From Takakia lepidozioides (lineage: Eukaryota; Plantae; Bryophyta): DNA of 64,000 nucleotides. The stretch covers positions 6,634,001 through 6,698,000 of the forward strand of contig CM060734.1 of assembly GCA_030704615.1 (NCBI GenBank), given 5' to 3'. Made by a program: the position numbers and the translations under genes. Positions 37,475 to 50,500 of the stretch are shown here, in pieces; positions within the stretch are counted from its first letter, which is position 1, and each line of letters begins with the position of its first letter. Below the pieces are notes generated by a model that was given only the letters and a program-made list of their open reading frames with translations, ran no database searches and was not told the DNA's origin.

Positions 37475-40400
37475 ATGGCGGAAAACCCAAGCGCTACAGT
37501 GTACTGCCCTCCTCACGAGCATAGAGCTTTCATTTCCGTGCAGAGGGGACATCTGCCGGGTGATGGAGAAATATCTATGCGTTCGATACCACCTGAAACC
37601 GGGGTCGGTTTTTTTGGAGGAGGAAAGGAAGGACTCAAACGGCGTTTGTTGTCGAGAGTATTGTTGTGCTCCACGATGATTTCGGCGATGGCAGGGAATG
37701 GCAAGTTCCACCATCGGACAGCGTCATATACAGGGCAGTTGGGGATTTCATTTGCCCGCCAAATGCACCTTCTATCCTGGCGCCTTCAACGAAACAATCC
37801 GCGAATCAGAGAGTGGGTACCTCAAAGAGAGAAGTCCGCAACGAAGTAAATCCAGAGCCGAACCCATCATGAAGACGAGCGAGAACGGGTTGTTCACAAC
37901 CTGTCCGACTCAGACGAGGTCATGGAAGTTCCGAGATCGTCCTGGAGATCAGGAAAGTCCTCAATGGACGTCAGTGGACGAGGGAGTCATATTCCCCAGC
38001 ACGAGCACACCGCAGTTCGATCTATTCTTGAATTCTGCGAGGGCTTCACATGGAGGGACACCGCTCGGAGCTGGCCGGGCTGGACTACAGCAAGTTCGCA
38101 ATTAAATCGGTTACATGCCTTCATGAAGACGTCGACGGTAATATCTTCTTTGAGTTCCCTCCTCAGGCGGACTACTCGAGGGCGTCCGGAATGTTGACAG
38201 ATATGGATAGAAAACATGACGGTCATCCTTGGTGCGTTACCAAAACCACAGCATGAAGATGCTCGATGGTGTGCGGGTGCGCTACGTTGTTTGTGCGGGC
38301 GCATTGCGGTGTTTCTCCCCACTTGCTTCCACTTTAAATCCAGAGGTCACAGGAACGAGACCGATTGGACAGCACAGCTCATCAACCATTTCGAGCTCAG
38401 GAGAAGGTTCCGAACTCCACATTTAAGTGTGCGCATTGCAAAGAACCACCACACTGCATGTTTGTTTGTAATGCCAAGCAGTTCTATGTGTTGCACCGTT
38501 TCCCTGACCTCACCCGAGCTTGCATACACATTGGTTCCCATTGTCACAAATTGGCGAGGGGGAACTCACGGGAGGCTGCCCACGAGGCAGAGCAGCTCGT
38601 TCAGGAGGAGGATAAGTTGAGAGCGGGTGCCAAACCCAAACAGATACAGCTCCAAGCCGCCCATAAGATGGCGTTGGCCAGAATTATGTCGGAAGACGGC
38701 TCCGACAAAGTTCCTCTTGATGACAAGGGAATGGAGGCATTGCTGGAGTCGGTGTCCCACGTCTGTTCACCGAATGTCCGAAACCACATTGTGTCATGCA
38801 AACAGAAAATTGGGCGTGGCTCGGATATGCACTCCATTCTGGAGGTGAAGCGACGATGTGGATATGACTACATTCATGGAAGTCGGTTTCCAGGACAAGG
38901 GACTGAGGCAGATCGTTGTTTCGTATTCAAAATGTCGACGTGTGGACCTAGCAGCGGCGTCGAATTGGTCGACAGGATGACGAGTGGGGACTTGTCAACA
39001 GATGGGTCATGCTCGACCATATCAAGCGAATTACAAATCACCAGTGGGTGACAATGGGTGCACATGTCTACAACACCCACTGCAGGATGCTAATGACAAT
39101 TGCTATTTGTGAGATGAAAAGAGAGGACACACAATCGGAGATGCTTCTTGGGCAGGAATAAATGAACAGATGGCCAAGGCGGGATTGCCCCCTCAAAATT
39201 TCCGTGGTTTCATGGCGGACAACGCACAAGCAAATTGGGCTGCCATTCGAAGGGTGTACGGGCAAGACCCCAATGTTCCCATGGAAGGCAAGGAGAGATC
39301 TTGTGGGTTCCATTTTTTGCAGAGCCTTTCGCAGTACACAACCAGGCTCGTGGCGCCAGATTTCAGAGAGGAGCACCGTTCCATGTGTCTTGCGTGGAAG
39401 CGTGCTCCCACCTTGGATGATGCAGAGACACAGTTTGCATGTATACGGGCTTGGTGGACATCGTCAAGTGCTGTAAGGAAATCAGACGAGGGAGCAATGG
39501 TCAGTTGGCTAGCATGGTGGCATTATCGTTTCCTCCAGTTCGGCGACTATATGCGGGAGGTGAGTTGCACGAATTCGCGTCCCGTTGAATATTATTATTG
39601 GCATTATTTGTAACTTGCTTGTAACCTCAACATGTGCTTGTGCAGGAAATGTGTCTCGACTCCGACACCGACATGCCCACGACAAACATGGCCGAATCAG
39701 TGCCCTCTTCCTGGCGTGCCTCCTCTGCTGCGCATCTGGTGGACATCCTCATTGCCACAACGGAGGACATTGTGAGGTCAATTATGCAGCAAAGCAGGTA
39801 CAACGAGTTCTTGAGAGGGAAACAGTGGGGCTTGGGGCCGGACAGGCAGGAAATGCTGATGCGGACTGCCTCCAGATTGAAGAATCCTCGGAAGTGGGCG
39901 GCGGCCTTGCGAGAGGGCCTTCGAGACACGCAATTGCTTCGAAGAGGCCAACATTTGGAAGGAGATGTTCATACCCGTCCAGTGAGACGAAGACTTGACG
40001 AGGCACCTGGCGGAGAAGAGGATTCATGGCGAGCTGACAAGAATATTTGCACGCTCCCTCGTGGTCCTGTGATGTTGCCCAAGGAGGTCTCGTCGAGCAC
40101 CGCAAGTCTTGCACGTTCAAGATCGTCATCTCCTTTGAGCACAGGGCACGTGCCCCGGCAACATAACGAGCCATCTGTAGTAAAGCAGTACAACATTCCC
40201 ATTGTGGAGACAAGAGTGTCGGAGTCACAGTGGAGAATTGCGAGGACATTGCCGGCATTTCGAGGGAAGTGCTGCGCCATCCGGGTGGATACGAGAGCAC
40301 GCTGTGGTGAGATGATTCGGAGGAACCCACATGGTGTTGTATCTGCACCTTGTTTCAGCGGCAGATTTTTGACTCCCACATTTGTTCACGCCACAACGCA

Positions 40401-41064
40401 GACATTTTGGTTCTGTAGGCACGACATAATGACCTGTGTATTTGGCAAGCCCAAGTACGGGATTCACGGAATGCCGGAGCCTCTGGGCGTCTGGCCTGTT
40501 GCACCGGGTTGCAACCTCTCTCAGAATGAGGCGGATACTCTATCTGCAACATGATTTCGAATGGTGCAACGCACAGACGTCCCGACCCACGCATTTCCGG
40601 TTCCTCAGACCCAGCCATTGCAGACTGCTCGGTCCAGTAGAGACGGATTGGACAATTCTGCACATCCCACATTGCGATTCGAAAGAGTGAAGAGACAACA
40701 CCCTCCCAACAAGTTGAATGAGACTCGGATTGCCAATGCTTTTGGGATGGCTTGCACTATTCAGAGCTTTGTGGACGTACCTCCACCCGGCCTTGGGCGT
40801 GTTTATCGGATGGCAACGGCCGGCTCGGTTGTATGCGACGATGTATACACAATTACGATTGGAGTGGAGCCGACTTGCAATTGTACGGACTTCTCGTTGA
40901 TGGAAGCAAAGAAGGGTTCAAAGTATTATCCGTGCAAGCATCTGTATTACATTTACCTGAAGAGGTTGAGGATGAACGTGACTATTGATGACTTTATTCA
41001 TGCACCGGCGTTGAGCGTGAACGAGCTGCACAAACTCTTCCTTAGGGATTCCAGAAATCATTGA
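37475..41064 (+). pseudogene. MULE-type transposase of element A (GCM-like, DDE, SWIM)
   Basis: DRKHDGHPWCVTKT, FKCAHCKEP..HIGSHCHKL, FMADNAQAN, CGFHF, TNMAESV, CNCTDF..PCKHLYYIY. Intron 39560-39645 is at the same position as in B. Frameshifts present. Confidence 0.87.
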
Positions 41065-41209
41065 TGGGGCAAAGGGAATCCTCCATATGGATATTTTCAA
41101 TTGCATTTTCATGTATCAGACTTTTTTTTGCAGTGTAATGAAATGCACCCCAAAACTCCTGGAATGAGGCAATATTCCATTCAAACTGAGATCCAACAAC
41201 AGTTGTGGG

Positions 41210-41592
41210 GCCAATTCTGGCGCCGAATTTCTCTATTTTGGGCCGAAAACTGGCTAAGTCCCAACATGCACTAGTACCCGTGTCTGGAAAAATGGCGCCG
41301 AATTTCCCTATTTTGCGCCGAAAACTGGCTAAGTCCGAACATGCACTGGAAAAATGGCGCCGGATTTCCAGTTATATGGCCCAGAACTGCCCAACATCTG
41401 TGCAATCCCCGGCACCATGTACCGGAATTCGGCGCCACATTTCCAAATTTTGGGCTTACACACCTGTCATGAGGGGACCTATAGCCACGGAATTCAGCAC
41501 CATTTTTCGCCAGAGAGACCTATTACCGCGAAATACGTCGCGGTTTTTTCCGGTTACGGACCCTATTACCGTGAAATTCGGCGCCATTTTTG
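41210..41592. repeat. Subterminal cluster of A-type palindromes
   Basis: Several AAATGGCGCCGAATTTC and GAAATTCGGCGCCATTTT copies. Confidence 0.8.
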
Positions 41593-41904
41593 CACATGTC
41601 GCTGGGAATTGGCATGAGCGGAAGACAAAATATGATGAGCACAACTCTCAAAACTACAATTTTCCCTTCAAGGTGCCGAATAATATATTTGTTTTTTTCT
41701 GACACATTGCATTAAATTAATGTTTTATAATGTTTTTTATTTTCAAAATTTGTACTTCTGCTCATGAAAACCGATTGTCTTGCTACTCCGCTCATGCCGC
41801 TCATGCTCATGAAATAGCTAACCTCTAGCAAGCCAGACTTCGAACTCCATGGCAAGTTAATTACGATCACCCCCCACCACAAAGTATCAATGGAATCGCA
41901 CCGC

Positions 41905-42291
41905 GGTGAGGTGGACAGTCCCCCAAGGAGAGGACGGAATTTTTGAGAGGCATAGTGGAACTGATGCATCTCAGAGCTCAGAGGATGGGGGGGATGGGGG
42001 GGATGAGGGGGATGAGGAGGAAGGTGGGGCAAGTTCCTCGGAGGGTGTAGGAGAGTAGTGCCCATTCCGGCTATGGCAGTTAGGACACACTTGTATAGAT
42101 GTGGCTTGCCACAAAATTTGTAATAAAATGTTGCATTTCATTGCTATGACGAGTCCACTGGTACCACATTCCAACTTCACATGACCCTATTTCCGTGCCT
42201 CCTAACCCTATTTCCGTGGACACACAATGGTCCGCTCGTGCTTTTTTTTTTTCCCGCTCATGCTCATGCCGCTCATGAAATAGTAGCCCCC
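41905..42291 (-). mobile_element. Orphan left end (~390 bp) of another A-subfamily MULE (element D), inverted
   Basis: The reverse complement matches 7722-~8076 and begins GGGGGCTACTATTTCATGAGC. It abuts a truncated RT at 42292. Confidence 0.88.
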
Positions 42292-45200
42292 GTCTCTACT
42301 GGGTATATGAATCCTGCATCCACTAATTTCTTGATTTCTTCCCAAACTTTAGCTGCATACTTGGGGTTCATTCTGTAATGGTTCTGACGGATTGGTTTCG
42401 TGTCAACTTCCAATTCAATTTGGTGCTGACAGATGTGGGAAGGTATGCCCTTCAAATCTTTGTAGTTCCAAGTGAATACATCCTTGTATTCAGTGAATAA
42501 TGCAGTGGCTTCTTGTAGAAATGATTCTTCGAGACCTGCACTTACTCGTATTCTCTGTGGTTCTTCCAATGTTCCCAGATTCACTTGAATCAATTGAGTT
42601 TCTTAAGTTACTGTCCATCCTGCAATCTCCTGTCCGATGGTTGCAATCGTGGCAAGTACTTCACTGATTTCTACTGTTGTGGTATGTTTAACCACTAATT
42701 GACCAACAGGTTCCAACTGTGGATGTGCTGCATATACCGTGGTTTCTTCTTCATCCAACAGTCCATTGGACCAGTCATACTCTTCCACTATGCAAGGGCG
42801 TTTCTCTCGTGGAATGGTACCTCATTGCTTCATAGTGATAGTGACTTGTTCTGATCCCTTTTTGATCGTAAGAGTCTGACTTCCCCAATCGTGGTGTGAT
42901 TGGGCTTGTGTTAACCATGGTCGGCCAAGTACTAGCGAATATCCTTCTGCCACATCCTCCATTCTGAGAATGGTTACTGATACTTCGTATACCAGTCTTG
43001 CTACTTCCACTGCAAGTCGTCTGATGATACCCAACGGCTGTACTTTTGTCGATCGGCCATTCGTACCGTGAATGGAGCAGGTTCCATGTGCCCCAATCCT
43101 AGTGACTTATTCATCCTCTCTGTCATGATATTCACTCCGGATCCTCCATCGATGAGTACATCTGTTACCAGCTTCCCTCCAATACGTATTCTGGTATTGC
43201 TTCGTCGTAGTCTGGAGTTCGTTGTATAGTTGTGGGTTTAATCGTGTAAACTTCTGGTGTTGGTTTTTGTTTTGGTGTGGGAATCAATGCCTCAATTGCC
43301 CGAAATAAAGTTTTCTTGCAGTGTGGAGCAATTTTTAATAATTGTCCAATGGTAATTTGGGTCTTGGTCTGGCAGATTACTTCAGCCAATTCTGTTTCCG
43401 TGGTTGCGTTCGTGGTCTTCGTTGTTGGTCTGATTTGATTATCTGGAGTTGGCTCTCCAGAAGGTATATGGGTTCCTTCTTTGAGCTATGGCTTTGCTTA
43501 CCTCCTGGTGTAAGCTCTTTTCTTCCTGCCATGCTGCACTTTCTGGATATTGTTTTCGTTCTTCTTCAATCTCCTTATCTGGAGGTTTCTATTTCTTGGC
43601 CTGAGTTCGGGTTACCGCAAGGGTATCCACTACAGGAGTTACCACACTCACGGCTACACTTGGTCCGGCTTCCATATTTCCTAATTCTGCCTCATGCTTG
43701 ATTCGCAACTGGCATTCATGTTTCTAGAGTCCCTCTTTCTTTCAATAGTGACATCTTGTGATTTCCTTGTTTCTGGGTTGATGTTCTCTATCCCGTGGTG
43801 GATAGTCATCTCGTGGCCTCTGATAATGATTACCCATATTGTATCGTCTTGGTCCATCCGATCCTCCCCCTCGGACTTGGACTTCGTGTACCCCCACATC
43901 TCGTGTGTACCCACTCTTCTTGGCCCGTTGATTGTAAATACAATGGCTGGTATTATGATTGTTTATATGACAAATATCACAATATTTGTCTTTCATGTGG
44001 CATTCTGTTGCCAAGTGTCATGCAGTCCCGCATTTGTGACACCATGTTGCCTTTCGTGGCCCTTCATCTTTAAAATTCTTGATAGCCTTTGCTATCTTCT
44101 GATCCAAAGTGGTTTTGTCAATCACTTCTTTCTTCTTTTGCTTGGGTTTTTCTTCATCATCAGAGTCTTCTTCTTCCAAGGGATCCTTGGAATCTTTACT
44201 TCTGCTCTGATGAAATCCCAATTCCAATTTCTTTGCAGTTCCTACTGCTTCAGCCAAAGTGTTGTTAGGCATGACTGTAACCATGGTTACATATTCAGGA
44301 CGAAGTCCGTTGATGAACCATGATTTTTGCAAGTCGTCACCTGGTGCTTGAGGTAGCTTCATGATCAGAGTCTTCATGATCTCTAGGTAGTCAACTACCA
44401 ATTCTTTCTTTTTCTGTCTCAGGTTCTGTAATCCTGTGAAGATTTCAGACGTGGATTGTTGGATCTATATCGTTCTTGGAATGCGGCCCTCATCTCTGCC
44501 CAATTCGCAAAGTGATTGGCTAGAAAGGTTGCCAACCATTCAATGCATTTTCTGGCCATTGAACAAGGAAATAATCGGATCTTTTCCTGGTCTGTTGCTT
44601 CATTGTAAATGGTGCACATGTTCTCAAATTGATTGAGATGGATATCCGGGTCAGATTTCCCATCATATAAAGGAAACGACGGTCTGGTTTTGCTTGCTGC
44701 TAAAGCCATTGGTGCAACCGGCTGTCCAAACTGAAATGGTCCCGCTGCTGCTGGCTGTGTTGGTGTTGGGATTGTCAAGACTAGTGGTGTTGTTGGTGTT
44801 TGTCTTCTAAACAATGATTCAAAACTAGGAGGTCCTTGTCCCAAAGATAGCCGTCTTCCAGCTGCTGTCCCTACTAAGCTTAATGAATCTTTAAAAGCTT
44901 TGAGTGCAGTTCTGGTTATCCTTTCTGGAGAAGTAGTTTCACTTCTCTCACCTTCTTCACTCATAATATTCTCAAATTTTTCTTCCAATATTTCAGCAAA
45001 ACCTCGATTTGGACTTGTTACTGTAGAAGGTCCTTCAGATCTTTCTTGTGATAACCATTGGCCAAGTGCATTACTTGCAACTCCTTCTGGTGTAGTGTTC
45101 TCACTTTCCAGAGATCCGATTTCCTGATCTTCTGGTTTATCACTGTCAGTTTGTCTTGATGCCTCTCCTCGAATAATATTCAAGTTTTGTAATTCCGGAA

Positions 45201-46579
45201 ACTCTTTTCTCAACCGAGCTTCCCTTTCTGCAGCATATTTCTCTATTCTTTCAGCTCTGTCTTGCTTAGCTTTTTCCTTATTTTCCTTCATTCCCACATC
45301 ATATACAAAATTCCTTTCCAGCACCCTTTAATAAGCCTTGGTATGTCAGTAAAGAAAATTATAGTGGTCTCTACCCTTTCTCCAAGATTTACACCATCTT
45401 GCCAGAATCTGTATCACGACTTAATTTTCCTTTACTGATTGATCACCAATCTTAATGGGCACAATAATACCATTTGTCTTTCTCAGTGTATCTGACTTGT
45501 AACAAGTCTTTGGGTATCCAGTAGTCTACTACTTCTATGATCATATGACAATATTCATAATTTGAACATCCTTCCCTGAAAATATAACTAGTTTAGCAAA
45601 CTTTTCTTATTGGGATTAGAGTAATCAATAAAGCTAGACGAGACAACCATTCTTCACTTCTGGTTCTACATTCCTAAGGTGCTCATGTAATACTGATCAC
45701 TCCTCTCTTTAATCCCCATTTGTCATCTTCTTTCGCAATTGAAAGAAAGATCTTCTGTTGTATTGCTACTGGTAAACCATGAATTTTTTTCAGGAATGCT
45801 TTCCATTCCCTTGCTTCCGTTGACTTGTTCTTTTGTGATTTCAAGAAATCACTGAGTAGCCATCCTTCCTTGAGTTCACTTGAACTCAACATACCGTTAG
45901 TCCCCAGTATGGTCGCCAAATATTAACCGCTGGTTTATGACTTAGAAAAAATAGGCTTTCAACTCTACAGCCCATTTCCCAAGACATGCAACAGAGGTTG
46001 TCCGACGGTATGCCTTCTGAAACGATTACAGAGTAATTGTTTGAAAGATAGCTAAACCTCGGTAGTCGTATGAATCAACATCTCTGCATGTTGCTTAATC
46101 CTATTAATTAAGTCCAACCCGTAGTCTCATCAGCAAAAAAGGTCTTAGTCGGAAAGGCTGGAGCCTCTTTGTTCATATAGTCATACAGTATTCAAGACAA
46201 ACAAGATCTATTCTGAGATGATACACATTCTCACCATCTCACGTTCTCTTATAATGCACATTCTCTCCATCTCACAATCGCACTACACAGAGATACTTGG
46301 AATAGCATGGCTTTACTTCAGAGTTCATCTCATTATAGCATAAGTACACATCGAATCACTCTGAGTCCACTTGATACACACTGATCACCGATACCTTCTA
46401 AGTTGCGTGCAGCCCTTTTATACTATGCTCGAAAGAGCCGTTACAGCCTGTAGTCGTTAATGACCGTTGCCTAACTGCCTACGCAACCTAAAGGGTTTGC
46501 CAAAAAGTGGCTCGTGATAGTGGTCGTGACTTGTGTGCCATAGTGGTACACGGTCCATGGCCCTTCACTACTTCTTCTA
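42292..46579 (-). mobile_element. Truncated Ty3/gypsy non-chromovirus (Tat/Athila-like): partial LTR, PBS, gag, protease and start of RT
   Basis: PBS TGGCGACCATACTGGGGA (rc of 45901-45918). Gag YDGKSDPDIHLNQFE (44419-45324), CCHC knuckles (~43700-44040), protease VLIDGGSGVNIM (~43125-43165), YKDVFTWNYKDLKGIP..YRMNPKY..LVDAGFIYPVE (42292-42593). Confidence 0.85.
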
Positions 46580-47571
46580 TGTCGCGCACCTCACTTCAGT
46601 AAGCTCCCCTTCAAGTCATAGTTACTCGCTTTGATGCGCGCGCCTAACTCTCAAACTGGCCGCCGGGCCAACTCGGAGCTTCGGCTGCTCACCGGGACAT
46701 AATGGTCCCCCTTTACTCCTCCACAAGACCCTCGCTCAATTTGGGCCTAGTGGAAATTCCCTTTGGTTGTTGGCAGTCCGGAACAGCTCCCCACACCTTG
46801 GTCACTTTCCGGCTCGCACGCTTACTCACTAGTTTTTGGTCACCAACAGGCTTACACCGTTCTCGGGGTTACTACTCCCCTATATATACTTCCGTGACTG
46901 TCCGCGAGGGTTTCACAAACAACCCGGTCATTTTATGGCGAACCACCACGAAGACCCTGGACTCCCGGTGATGAGTCGCGGTGAGTCTTGGCCCACCCAC
47001 CACGGCCCCAATGGACCGTGATAAGTCCCAAGACTCCCCATGACTCCCACCACAAGGTCTCCGCCCCATGGTGAGTCCTACGCCACCACTAAGACCCACT
47101 AAGCTACCACCACCCCTCGTGGAACCACCCCCACCGCAACCCGGTGTGCGGGGCTCCACCTAGTGAGCGCCTCTGCCTCCTTGAGTGCCTTGGGCACTCA
47201 AGGGTACTTCAGCCCCCGTACCTATTATTGTCACTGCCCCTACAACAGGGGCAGCCCCTCTTGTGTCCCGACCCTCAAGGCAAAGGGCCGCGACACACAC
47301 CCCTACCAACAGGGAGTCGATGTCCTCATCAAGTTGTCCATTTTGTAGAAACTAACATCCAAGTTGTGGCGTCCCACATCAAGGAGTTTGTTTCCGTACC
47401 ATGGCGTCCCATGGCAAAGAACCAAACCCCCACTTGACTCTACTCTCCACTAGCTAGTTTGGCCGACTTCCTCCAAGTCCCGGCCAAGGGTGGAGCCTCT
47501 CCAGCTCCACCCAATGCACTCTTCTTGTCCCACTTCAAGGCCAAGGAACGATCCTCCCCGAGGATCGAATC

Positions 47572-50500
47572 TGTCGCGGCCCTTTGCCTTGAGGGCAGGG
47601 GGTCGGGACACATGAGGGGCTGCCCCTGTAGTGGGGGCATCGGCAGCGATAGGTATGGGGGGCTGAAGCACCCTTGAGTGCCCAAGGCACTCAAGGAGGC
47701 GGAGGCGCTCACTAGGTGGAGCCCCGCACACCGGGTTGCGGTGGGGGGTGGCTCCACAAGGGGTGGTGGTAGCTTAGCGGGACTTAGTGGGGGTGGCATA
47801 GGCCTCACCATGGGGGCGGAGACCTCGTGGTGGGAGTCGTGGGGAGTCTTGGGACTCATCACGGTCCATAGGGGCCGTGATGAGTGGGCCAAAACTCACC
47901 GCGACTCATCACCGGGAGTCGAGGGTTTTCGTGGTGGTTCGCCATAAAATGGCATGGCTGGTTATGAAACCCCCGCGGACAGCTACAGAAGTATATATAG
48001 GGAGTAGTAACCCCGAGAACGGTGCAAGCCCGTTGGTGACCAAAAACTAGTGAGTAAGCGAGCCGGAGAGCGACCAAAGAGTGGGGAGGTGTTCCGGACT
48101 GCCATCTACCAAAGGGAATTCTCCTAGTCCCAAATAGGTGGAGGGTTTAGAGGGAAGCAAAGGGGGACCGTTATGTCCCGGTGAGCAGCCGAAGCTCCAA
48201 GTTGGCCCGGGAGGCCAGGTTGGGAGTCAGGCGCGCGCATCAAAGCGAGTAACTATGACTTGAAGGGGAGCTTACCGAAGTGAGAGCGCGACACTTGGTA
48301 TCAGAGCTTAGAGTTCAGTACACGATCGTCCATGGGATTGGCCTCATCATGGGGTCGGGCAAGCCAAAGCGAAAGCGGAACGGCCCAAAAGATGATGATC
48401 CTGGTGAGCCCGATGGGGGCGACGTGTCACCGAGGCGGCCGTTTGAGGAAGCGATGAATGTTTCCGAAAACGAGGCCGCTCAAGAGCGGGAGGAATCCGA
48501 GGAGTCGGAGCCCGAGGAATCCTTGAGAGCTCCGACAAACCAAGAGATGCCTCCCATGTCGGCAGCCTTTTGGGAAGGGTTGTTGGCGCAGTTTGGCGGG
48601 ACATTGAAAGACGTGTTGAAGGCGGCTAATGCCACTTCCACTAAGGCAAAGTTTAAGGTGAAGCCTAAGGAACCCGGCACCTTCGAGGGCGTTCGAAATC
48701 AGAAGGCACTCAACACCTGGCTCCTGGAGCTAGAGCAGTACTTCCGGGCGGCCAAGTTGAGTGACGAGGATCGGGTGGAAGTGGCTCCCACCTATTTGAG
48801 GGGCTATGCTCAACAATGGTGGCAGAAACGCCTTCACGACTGAGGCCCAAGCCCGGAAACCTTGAACTGGAGTGGGTTCAAGGAATTGATGAAGAGACAG
48901 TTTGTGCCCCTCAACGCGTCCTGGCTCGCCCGGGACAAGATGAGGAATTTGAAGCAAACAGATGACATTCGGGGATATGTCCAGGCTTTCAATGTACTGT
49001 TGCTCGAAGTCGCGGACATGGCAGAACCAGAAATGGTCTTCAACTTTGTGGCGGGACTGGCCCCATGGGCTAGGTGGAAGTTGGAGGAGAGGCCACCCAA
49101 GACTTTGAACGAGGCTATTGAGAGGGCTGAATGTTTCTCAGATGTCCCTAGGGGTGAAAGACAAGGCCGTACGGAGCTGAACCACAAGAAGATTCGGCGG
49201 GAAGGTGACTCCTTCCGACCGGAAAAGAAGTGGGATAGGCCACGCGGCAAAAATGGCACGTGGAAATCGAAGGGAGGGCCTTCACACGTCAAGGCGGCAC
49301 CCGGTGCTTTGAAAGGAAAAGCGGGTGGAGCGGCTTATGGCGGACAGAAGGCGACCTTTGATGGAGTGTGTTTCAATTGCGGGGAGCCCGGGCACATGGC
49401 CAAGAAGTGCACGAAGCCCCGGCAATTGAACATGACTCGGGCGACCACGGAGCTGTCGGAAGATACCATCAGTCGCTTGGTGGAAGCGGTGGTTGCCAGG
49501 ACTTGCAAGGTAGGCAAATTTTCTTGTGAGTTGTATCAGGAAACTGGCGCCTTACGAAAAAGGAGTCAGTTATTGTTCGTGGATGGGATAATATCCGGAA
49601 CTAATGTGTCGTTGTTGGTGGACACAGGAGCGTCGCACTCCTTCATGACACTGGCAACGGCACAAAAGCTGAGACTCCCAACAAGTGACGTGGGGCCCTC
49701 TATTGAGGTGCGTTCTGCCAAAGGAGAACCACAGTTGGCGACAAGGTTGGCGATTGATGTTCCTCTTCAACTGGGGAGTTGGGAGGGACGTGAGAACTTC
49801 ACCATCTGCGAGATCGATGGAGTGGATCTCATTTTGGGGATGACCTTTTTGAGCAAATCCGGAGCGGTCATAGATGGCCGCAAGAGAGTAGTCACGCTGC
49901 CATGTGGGAATGGTGGCGAGGTTTTACGAGTGTCGGAAACGCCCAAATCCGTGGGAGGGCGAATAAACCTTCTGTCAGCAAAGGAGTGGGCCGTGGAGGA
50001 GGCACACGAACCCCAGTTTTTGCTTTACATTAGAGAAGTGAAGGCAGAAGGCGATGGGGAGCCGAGCCCATATTGGATCAAGGGGATCTTGGAGAAATAC
50101 CAGGATGTGATGCCGGAGGATTTACCAAGCGGCCTGCCACCGCGAAGAGGAGTTGACCACAAGATTGAGGTGATACCGGGATCGGAACCGCCTGCCAAGG
50201 CACCCTACCGGTTGAGCCACAGGGAGTTGGTCGAGCTGAAGACTCAGCTCAAGGATCTAATGTCAAAGGGATACATCTGGCCGAGTAAGTCACCTTACGG
50301 AGCCCCAGTGCTATTCGCAGACAAGAAGGATGGGACGCTGCGGATGTGTGTCGATTACAGGGCTCTGAATAAGGTGACTATAAAAAACCGGTACCCTTTG
50401 CCAAGGATCGATGACCTCTTCGATCGATTGGCAGGAGCGAAGTATTTCAGCCCGATTGACTTGCGCTCCGGCTATCATCAAATTCGGGTGGCGGAAGGAG

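Larger units (their letters stand above)
7722..41825 (+). mobile_element. MULE/Mutator-like DNA transposon, element A (~13 kb after removing nested insertions)
   Basis: 8-bp TSD TAGCAAGC at 7714-7721 and 41826-41833. Left end GGGGGCTGCTATTTCATGAGC; right end (reverse complement) GAGGTTAGCTATTTCATGAGC. Contains a DDE/SWIM transposase at 37475-41064. Confidence 0.9.

Noticed and set aside
7722-42291. One element with ~370-bp TIRs (7722-8076 versus 41905-42291)
   Set aside because: There is no TSD at 42292. The TSD TAGCAAGC follows the right end at 41825 and the interrupted ORF resumes at 41834, so 41905-42291 is a separate orphan left end.
46702-48280. ORFs within chromovirus LTRs (also at 30-36 kb and 53-54 kb)
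   Set aside because: GC-rich LTR sequence; the frames are not preserved among copies.
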